Origin: an uncultured archaeon
GTDB lineage: Archaea; Asgardarchaeota; Thorarchaeia; Thorarchaeales; Thorarchaeaceae
Direction: 5' to 3'
Assembly (NCBI GenBank): GCA_964473825.1
Contig: CAYYQL010000050.1
Location: 1-15,789 of the forward strand
DNA length: 15,789 bases
Below the pieces are notes generated by a model. It was not told the DNA's origin. It did no database searches and was given only the letters and a program-made list of their open reading frames with translations. A program made the position numbers and the translations under genes. Shown here piece after piece: positions 6,280 through 12,727 of the stretch (positions are counted from its first letter, which is position 1; every line of letters begins with the position of its first letter).

Positions 6280-7541
6280 GTCTTCTCAGCGGAGGATATC
6301 TCTACCCCTATAGTTGAACCCAGCTTCACATCATCATCTATGATGACAGGCCTATAGCATGGGGTGCGAGCCAATAGACCACCTTTTGGAGCCACAGAGG
6401 TCACAAGCACAGGTCCAGTCCACCCAAGCCACGAGTTAGCCTTCTCTGAGAGAATAGTGCTCACCAAGTGGGATAGTTTCCGACTCCTATTCTTCTTCAC
6501 TGAACTATCAACTTTGTCACCGGACTCTGAAGCCGGGGTTCCCGGCCGATCCCCGTATTTTGATATATTGGTGATCTCAGGCCGCACACTTCTAATCAAA
6601 TCCATCGTGGCGGCGAAGTCGGCATTGGACTCGCCGGGGTGTCCCACGATGATATCTGTGGCAATCGTAGAAGATGGAAACCTCTTACGGACGGTGTGAA
6701 CAATTGACTCCCACTCGGCAACTGAATACTGTCGATTCATGGTATGCAGGACACGATCACTCCCGGACTGTACAGGTAGATGAAAGAACTTGAAGAAATG
6801 TTGCGACTTCATTACTCTCAGCAATGCATCCAATGAATCGGAAACTAGGTTGCAGTTGAACATCCCAAGCCTGAAGCGATGGTCTCCTGCAATCTCATCA
6901 AGCTCAGATAGAAGCTCGACAAGATTCTCACCAGTGTCTGCACCGTAGGCAGCTGCATCTTGTGCTGTAAGTCGTATTTCCTTATAGCCTGATGCCACTG
7001 CTTTGCCTACAACTTCCCTCAGTGAGTGGATAGAATAACTGCGTATAGATTCTCTTGCGAATCTCACTGCGCAATAGCTACAGGCACCCAGACAGCCTTC
7101 ACAGATAGGTACTGTGCAGATCACACTATGAGGGGGGCCTCGGAAGTATCTGAGTTTGGAACCTATATCTGGTTCTAGGTCAATGATTCCGCGTTCGCCC
7201 TTGAGAACTGTCTGCAAAACAGGACCTAGTTTCTCGATCGATTGAGGACCCAGTATTGCCGCATGATCCGAAGCAGCATCGAGCACACGAGGTAGATTGA
7301 TTTTGGGAAGACATCCTGTGATGATAAGAGGAGCACCAAGCTTGTCTAGCTCACCTATGCGATGAATAACCCTATCCTCAGTTGGTTCTTTTACCCCACA
7401 CGTATTCACAATCAAGACATCGGCAGCATCGGGTCCTTGCACCCGTTTTCCTCCAATGAGAGCGAGTCGCCCCACTATCAAATCGGAGTCGGCCATGTTT
7501 AGTGAACAGCCGTATGTTTCAAGATAATAGGTAAACCCCAA
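6246..7541 (-). CDS. mtaB: tRNA t6A37 methylthiotransferase (archaeal/eukaryotic MtaB/CDKAL1 type)
   Basis: UPF0004 cysteines in ETYGCSLN, NTCGVK and TGCLP; radical SAM motif CLGACSYC; HLPVQSGSD and TDIIVGHPGE; C-terminal TRAM-like region. Probable TTG start at 7541, just after the upstream TAG. Confidence 0.85.
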   Translation of the reverse strand: MGFTYYLETYGCSLNMADSDLIVGRLALIGGKRVQGPDAADVLIVNTCGVKEPTEDRVIHRIGELDKLGAPLIITGCLPKINLPRVLDAASDHAAILGPQSIEKLGPVLQTVLKGERGIIDLEPDIGSKLRYFRGPPHSVICTVPICEGCLGACSYCAVRFARESIRSYSIHSLREVVGKAVASGYKEIRLTAQDAAAYGADTGENLVELLSELDEIAGDHRFRLGMFNCNLVSDSLDALLRVMKSQHFFKFFHLPVQSGSDRVLHTMNRQYSVAEWESIVHTVRKRFPSSTIATDIIVGHPGESNADFAATMDLIRSVRPEITNISKYGDRPGTPASESGDKVDSSVKKNRSRKLSHLVSTILSEKANSWLGWTGPVLVTSVAPKGGLLARTPCYRPVIIDDDVKLGSTIGVEISSAEKTYLAGDVSALG

Positions 7542-7545
7542 CAGT

Positions 7546-7830
7546 CTACCACTCTCCGCCTTGAACATGGGGCAGAATTGCTATTTCATCACCGTGCTTG
7601 ACCGGAGTGTCAAGGCCCTCCAGAAGATCCGTGTCATGTCCGTTCAACATGACTATCAGATTACCGCTGATAGTGCCATTCTTGTTCAATAAGATGTCTT
7701 CTAGTCCAAACTTTTTGATTGCTACTGTGATTATGTCCCGCACCTTAGCAGTGGGGTTAGCTTCAAGCGAAACCACCGACTGGCCCATGGCTCTCCTGAT
7801 GGTTCCGAATACCTTCAATCTGACCTTCAA
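7546..7830 (-). CDS. MoaD/ThiS/SAMP ubiquitin-like protein with C-terminal GG-EW
   Basis: Beta-grasp signature MKVRLKVFG...IVMLNGHD...GLDTPVKHGDEIAILPHVQGG; GAGGT SD before the TTG. Confidence 0.9.
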   Translation of the reverse strand: MKVRLKVFGTIRRAMGQSVVSLEANPTAKVRDIITVAIKKFGLEDILLNKNGTISGNLIVMLNGHDTDLLEGLDTPVKHGDEIAILPHVQGGEW

Positions 7831-7847
7831 TTGTTGACCTCTGCGAT

Positions 7848-8222
7848 TCAGGCACTAGTTTTCATTTTCTTCGAGAGCATCTCAGTGACTAGTTCGTCCA
7901 CCAGTGAGGATACTGTGGCTATGTCTTCGGAGGATGCCTGCTCCAAGTGGATGCCAAGCATCAGTATGACTGTGCATTGCATCTCTCTGCAGATGCGCTC
8001 AGCAAGGGGGCTCGAAAGAACATATTCCTTATGACCGGGAACAGATATAGTGCTCACGCTTATGGTCGGCACTCTTCGATATCTGCTCTCCGAAACGGAT
8101 GCAACAGAAACGCCACCAACATGGGCAGTGTCACCCCCATAGACTGTGGTCACTAAGTCCTCTCCGATCCATCTCGCCTCCAGCGTAATCTTCTGGCTTC
8201 GATATTCCCGTTCAAGTTTCAT
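7848..8222 (-). CDS. LpdD-like / proteasome assembly chaperone 4-like protein
   Basis: Motifs IGEDLVTTVYGG..AHVGGV, ST...PGHKE and V..GIHL..AS.EDI match my recollection of the LpdD family. ATG at 8222 has a GAGGT SD; alternative ATG at 8273. Confidence 0.7.
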   Translation of the reverse strand: MKLEREYRSQKITLEARWIGEDLVTTVYGGDTAHVGGVSVASVSESRYRRVPTISVSTISVPGHKEYVLSSPLAERICREMQCTVILMLGIHLEQASSEDIATVSSLVDELVTEMLSKKMKTSA

Positions 8223-8281
8223 TGCTCTGACCTCACAGTGAACATACTGCAAACACACCATCGAGTAACCCATACCGCTAC

Positions 8282-9838
8282 TCAGTCTCTGCTCTGGTCA
8301 CTTTTCTCTCTATGCATCCTCCATGAGAGGGTTAGCGTCTTGGGGTGTGCGGCCTTGTACTCATCTAGAAGGGAAATGGCGGTCGTGTAGGGTGCTTCCA
8401 TCATTCTGTCGGGTTCTTCGTAGGCCTCTCTCGAAATCTTCTTGAGAGCGTCAATGAAATAGTCGAGCTCCTCCTTGGTTTCACTCTCTGTCGGCTCAAT
8501 CATAAGAGCCTCAGGAACTATGAGAGGGAAATATACAGTGGGAGCGTGAATCCCGAAATCGAGGAGACGTTTCACAACTTTCATCGCGGTGATACCGGTG
8601 TCTTCCTTGAGCTTCTCAGCAGAAATCACACATTCATGCATCCTTGGTGCATCTTGGGAGTAGGGAAGAGTGAATCCCTTGATTCTGCTCACATGCCTAG
8701 CAATGTAGTTCGCGTTGAGGACCGCTGCCTCAGATGATCTCTTCAGCCCTTCGCCACCAAGAGCATAGATGTAGGCATATGCTTTGAGGAGGACGCCGAA
8801 GTTTCCATAGAATCCGTGGACTTTCCCAATAGACTTTGGATAGTCATAGTCTAAACCAAAGACTCCATCCTCATTCTTGATGACACGAGGAACTGGAAGG
8901 AATTCTGTAAGTTTGCTTTTTACGCCGACCGGACCAGCTCCAGGACCACCACCACCATGCGGCGTCGAGAATGTTTTGTGAAGGTTCATATGAACCACAT
9001 CAAAGCCCATATCACCGGGACGAACTATACCAAGTATGGCGTTGAGGTTAGCCCCGTCATAGTAGACAAGTCCTCCAGATTCATGGACCAGGTCTGTAAT
9101 CTCCTCAATGTCTTTCTCGAAGACACCGATTGTGTTGGGATTTGTCAGCATCAATCCAGCAGTCCTAGAGCCCACGGCTTCTTTCAACGCATCTATGTCA
9201 ACGAGTCCCTCACTGCTTGATGGTAGTACTACAACATCATAGCCCGCCATTGCCGCTGATGCAGGATTTGTACCGTGCGCAGAATCAGGAATCAGCATCT
9301 CTGTTCGTTGTTCGCACTCACCGGTTACGCACCGATGGTATTCTCGCATGATCATCACGCCCGTATACTCACCTTGGGCACCAGCTGCTGGCTGAAGTGT
9401 CACTGCATCCATGCCGCTTATCTCGGCGAGCCAATGCTCGAGTTGCCAGAGCATTTCGAGAGCGCCTTGGGCAGTCGTCGGATCTTGATCTGGATGAAGA
9501 CCGGCGAATCCATTCAACGATACACCCTCTTCATTGATGAGTGGATTGTATTTCATCGTGCAGCTTCCCAGAGGATACGTGCCAAGACTGACCGCGAAGT
9601 TCATCTGTGATAGTCTCGTGAAGTGCCTCACAACTTGCAATTCAGAAACCTCAGGTAACATCGGTCGCTGTTTTCTGACAAGATTCTCTGGCAGAAAGGA
9701 GTCGAGACTGCCGACTTGTTCTCTTATTTCTCGTTCTAGTGGGGGGAACATGTGGCCGACTCTACCGGTCTTTGTTCGCTGGAATATGAGGGGTTCATTC
9801 CATCTGGCCTGTTGATATACTCTTGATGTGTCCTTCAC
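8282..9838 (-). CDS. gcvPB: Glycine dehydrogenase (decarboxylating) subunit 2, glycine cleavage P protein beta
   Basis: YPLGSCTMKYNP, QPAAGAQGE, SAHGTNPASA, PLP-lysine motif NLHKTFSTPHGGGGPG, IEPTESE; its GTG overlaps the gcvPA TAG. Confidence 0.97.
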   Translation of the reverse strand: MKDTSRVYQQARWNEPLIFQRTKTGRVGHMFPPLEREIREQVGSLDSFLPENLVRKQRPMLPEVSELQVVRHFTRLSQMNFAVSLGTYPLGSCTMKYNPLINEEGVSLNGFAGLHPDQDPTTAQGALEMLWQLEHWLAEISGMDAVTLQPAAGAQGEYTGVMIMREYHRCVTGECEQRTEMLIPDSAHGTNPASAAMAGYDVVVLPSSSEGLVDIDALKEAVGSRTAGLMLTNPNTIGVFEKDIEEITDLVHESGGLVYYDGANLNAILGIVRPGDMGFDVVHMNLHKTFSTPHGGGGPGAGPVGVKSKLTEFLPVPRVIKNEDGVFGLDYDYPKSIGKVHGFYGNFGVLLKAYAYIYALGGEGLKRSSEAAVLNANYIARHVSRIKGFTLPYSQDAPRMHECVISAEKLKEDTGITAMKVVKRLLDFGIHAPTVYFPLIVPEALMIEPTESETKEELDYFIDALKKISREAYEEPDRMMEAPYTTAISLLDEYKAAHPKTLTLSWRMHREKSDQSRD

Positions 9839-11238
9839 TATCTGGCACCCCCCTTACGTACAGCATCACCAAGAACATCGACAAGCTTGTCGATTGATTC
9901 CTTGTTGTGCAATTCGGTCATGCAGAGCAGCATGGATTCTCCGAGCTCAGGGAATGTATCTGTGAGTGTTCGTCCCCCGTGAAGTTCTTCCTCAAGAAGA
10001 TACTCATGCACATCTGCAGCGGAGGCTTCATCAAATTTCACTACAAACTCCTTCCATATGTGCGATCCAAGAGCTGGAGCAGTGACTGATTCAATCATTC
10101 CTAGTTTCTGTGCAGCATACTTTGAATAGTAGGCAATCCTCTCACCAACATCACGAATGCCACTCGCACCAAGTGTGGATAGATAGACTGCCGCAGTCAC
10201 TGCGAGAAGTGCCTGATTTGAACAGATATTGCTTGTTGCCTTTTCACGCCGAATGTGCTGCTCACGAGGGCTCAGGGTGAGAACGTAGCCACGTTCATAC
10301 GGTTCTTTCTCTGTTGTTGTCATTCCCACAAGACGGCCGGGCATCTGATAGACAAGCCGACGGTCCATTCTGCAACCGAATACTCCTAGGAGAGGGCCAC
10401 CATAAGACATTGAGGTACCGAGAGATTGACCTTCGGCCACCACGATGTCCGCGCCATAGTCCCCGGGGGGTCGCAGGATACCAAGGGAGAGGATATCCAC
10501 TCCTGCAACCAATAGGACATCGGATGCATGGACCAAGTCATCAATCTCATCCAAGGAACTTTCAAGAACTCCGAAGTAGTTCGGGTTCTGAATGTATACG
10601 CCCGCCACACTTTCATCAAGTTTTGACTCCAAATCTGAGAGGTCCAACTGTCCCGTGGCCATCTCGTAGTCTACCTGAATGACCTCAATACCTGCGGGTT
10701 CAGCATAGGTTCGGATAACATCCAGATAGCTTGGATTCATCGCCCTTGGCACCAAGAACTTCTGGCTCCCCTTTCTGACGCGGCTGGTCATTAAGACTGC
10801 TTCAGCAAGCGAACTTGCCATGTCATACATACTACTGTTGACGACATCGATCTCGAGAAGTTCAGCCAACAGGCTCTGGTATTCAAACAAGGCCTGAAGC
10901 ATACCCTGACTAATCTCGGGTTGATAGCTCGTGTAGGAAGTCACAAACTCGGAGCGCGAAGCAAGTTTCCTGACAGCGGCAGGAATGTAATGGGGCTCAA
11001 CGCCGGAGCCGAGAAACGCACTTCCGTCATTCATTGGACGGTTCCGTGCCGCCAATTTCTGGAGGCGCCTGAAAACATCAAGCTCACCATGGGGAACAGG
11101 AAGGTCAAGTTTTTTCTTGAGCACGAACTTGGAGGGGATGTTTCTGAACAGGGCATCGATCGAGCTCTCACCTATCGAATCAAGCATCTCTTCTTCTGTG
11201 TCTTTGGTTAGGGGAATATACGAGTGTCTTAGGTCCAT
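9838..11238 (-). CDS. gcvPA: Glycine dehydrogenase (decarboxylating) subunit 1, glycine cleavage P protein alpha
   Basis: SYTSYQPEISQGMLQALFEYQ, NSSMYD and REQHIRREKATSNICSNQAL. Start moved to ATG 11238 (MDLRHSYIP), which has a GGTGA SD. Confidence 0.96.
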   Translation of the reverse strand: MDLRHSYIPLTKDTEEEMLDSIGESSIDALFRNIPSKFVLKKKLDLPVPHGELDVFRRLQKLAARNRPMNDGSAFLGSGVEPHYIPAAVRKLASRSEFVTSYTSYQPEISQGMLQALFEYQSLLAELLEIDVVNSSMYDMASSLAEAVLMTSRVRKGSQKFLVPRAMNPSYLDVIRTYAEPAGIEVIQVDYEMATGQLDLSDLESKLDESVAGVYIQNPNYFGVLESSLDEIDDLVHASDVLLVAGVDILSLGILRPPGDYGADIVVAEGQSLGTSMSYGGPLLGVFGCRMDRRLVYQMPGRLVGMTTTEKEPYERGYVLTLSPREQHIRREKATSNICSNQALLAVTAAVYLSTLGASGIRDVGERIAYYSKYAAQKLGMIESVTAPALGSHIWKEFVVKFDEASAADVHEYLLEEELHGGRTLTDTFPELGESMLLCMTELHNKESIDKLVDVLGDAVRKGGAR

Positions 11239-11318
11239 TGTGAGTGTCACCAGAGTGTCTAGGTCAGACCCCATACAAAAGGACAAATATCCTTTCGTGT
11301 TCAGGTCGGCCAGAATCA

Positions 11319-11326
11319 TTTTTAAA
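11319..11326. promoter_or_regulatory. TATA-like box in the divergent gcvPA/trm112 intergenic region
   Basis: TTTTTAAA on plus and TTTAAAAA on minus; the most TATA-like element between the two divergent starts. Confidence 0.5.
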
Positions 11327-11369
11327 TTGGCACGTATCAAAATCAATCTAGACCATAGGAGGTCTTGGT

Positions 11370-11690
11370 TTGAAACCGTGGCTCATGGACATCCTCGCCT
11401 GCCCCATTCCCGACTGTAGAAGTGAACTTGAGCTCCGGGTATACAGGTCACATATGCTCAAGGGCGTTGACGGAGAGGTTCAAGAGATTGATGATGCACT
11501 CATTGTGTGTCCGAGATGTGGTCGCTGGTATCCTGTGATTGAGGGAATACCATGCATGCTTCCAGACGACCTCAGGAATAGTGGAAAACAGAGAATCGAG
11601 GAAACTAGATTCTTGGAGACGTGGAAGGAAAGGATTCCTGATAGTATTTTGCAGGAGGGGAAGCCCTTTGGACTCACACCCAAAGGCTGA
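11370..11690 (+). CDS. trm112: Trm112-like methyltransferase activator (zinc-binding)
   Basis: MKPWLMDILACPIPDC...LIVCPRCGRWYPVIEGIPCMLP; GGAGGT SD before the TTG. Confidence 0.88.
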   Translation: MKPWLMDILACPIPDCRSELELRVYRSHMLKGVDGEVQEIDDALIVCPRCGRWYPVIEGIPCMLPDDLRNSGKQRIEETRFLETWKERIPDSILQEGKPFGLTPKG

Positions 11691-11718
11691 TATTCCTAAC
11701 AAGACTGGGGATTTCCAA

Positions 11719-11794
11719 AGCCCCGTGGTGTAGCGGTCCAGCATGGCGGGTTTTGGCCTCGCCGACCCAGGTTCAAATCCTGGCGGGGCTACCA
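11719..11794 (+). tRNA. tRNA-Gln(TTG), intronless; CCA encoded
   Basis: Acceptor AGCCCCG/CGGGGCT with the archaeal A1-U72 pair; anticodon arm GCGGG-TTTTGGC-CTCGC; T arm CCAGG-TTCAAAT-CCTGG. Confidence 0.96.
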
Positions 11795-11796
11795 TT

Positions 11797-12657
11797 CTAT
11801 TTTTCCACTTCGGTGATGCTCAATGCATCAGCAGAATCAGGAGTCTGAGCCTTGAACAGACGCTTCACCTTCGATAGAACCAATCTATCACCGTTGACAA
11901 GTATAACGATAGTCACATGTTCAGCAAGCCCTGAAGTAGACAACTTCTTCTCTAGTACAGCCTGAACTTGAAACACACCTGCGGGATTATCCATGGCTAC
12001 GGTGATTCGGAGGGGGGCTTCTGTGCCCTTCTCAAGAATGACGTCCTCAATTGCAAGTGCACTCACAGAATGGATGTCGACCTTGCCCTTTTGATAAGGG
12101 ATGACAGTTCGGCCCTTGGTCATATCGCATCCATCTCCAATCTTCGTGGCCCCTGCCTCGAAAGTCAGACACTGGGTATCATCGTCGTGGGAGTAGATTC
12201 CATGCAGAGTGAAAGACAGAATATCTGTCGCCTTTGCAGGGTCATCGTATATCTCCTCTAGTTTTGACTCCAGAACAGGTCGTGCTAGCTGGAGGGTTGC
12301 CTGTGCATGTTCATTGCGGTGTACTACCATTCCTATATCGTGCAGATACGTCGCGGCGAGCACAATCAGTCTTGCATCATCCATGTCACCTATGCCTTCA
12401 GCAACAACATTCGGCAGGAAGGTCTGAGTCAAGATATCAAATGCTTTCAGTGCATTCCACGTGGCAACTTCGGCATGCGTTCTTCCGTGATCGGTATAGC
12501 CTAGTCGGGATACAGCCATTCGGTTAGCAGTTCGAAGATAAGACTGCACTTTCGGGGAACTGCTCAGATAGCGATACATATCCAGAGATTTCGTCCCCTG
12601 CTCTAGGAGATCCTCAACTTCAATGTCTTCTCTTACGAAACTCCTCGTACTATTCAT
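11797..12657 (-). CDS. HD-superfamily metal-dependent phosphohydrolase (COG3294-like)
   Basis: RLGYTDHGRTH, YLHDIG, SHD, GDGCDMTKGR, DIHSVSA and NPAGVFQV. ATG 12657 has a GGTG SD; alternative GTG at 12693. Confidence 0.88.
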   Translation of the reverse strand: MNSTRSFVREDIEVEDLLEQGTKSLDMYRYLSSSPKVQSYLRTANRMAVSRLGYTDHGRTHAEVATWNALKAFDILTQTFLPNVVAEGIGDMDDARLIVLAATYLHDIGMVVHRNEHAQATLQLARPVLESKLEEIYDDPAKATDILSFTLHGIYSHDDDTQCLTFEAGATKIGDGCDMTKGRTVIPYQKGKVDIHSVSALAIEDVILEKGTEAPLRITVAMDNPAGVFQVQAVLEKKLSTSGLAEHVTIVILVNGDRLVLSKVKRLFKAQTPDSADALSITEVEK

Positions 12658-12727
12658 GTCTAACACCAGAGGGACTGAGAACCTCGTTGTCACTAGAGAT
12701 AAGCATTGCTGCGTGGCAACAGCGGTC

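Noticed and set aside
11239-11346. N-terminal extension of gcvPA in the ORF track (502 aa)
   Set aside because: It runs through the divergent promoter region. Family similarity starts at about HSYIP, and ATG 11238 has a GGTGA SD.
11239-11369. Glycine riboswitch upstream of gcvPA
   Set aside because: The leader is short and I see no aptamer consensus.
11448-11795. Minus-strand ORF starting MVAPPGFEPGS, and the similar ORF 3869-4213
   Set aside because: These are typical shadow ORFs running antisense through tRNA genes and trm112.
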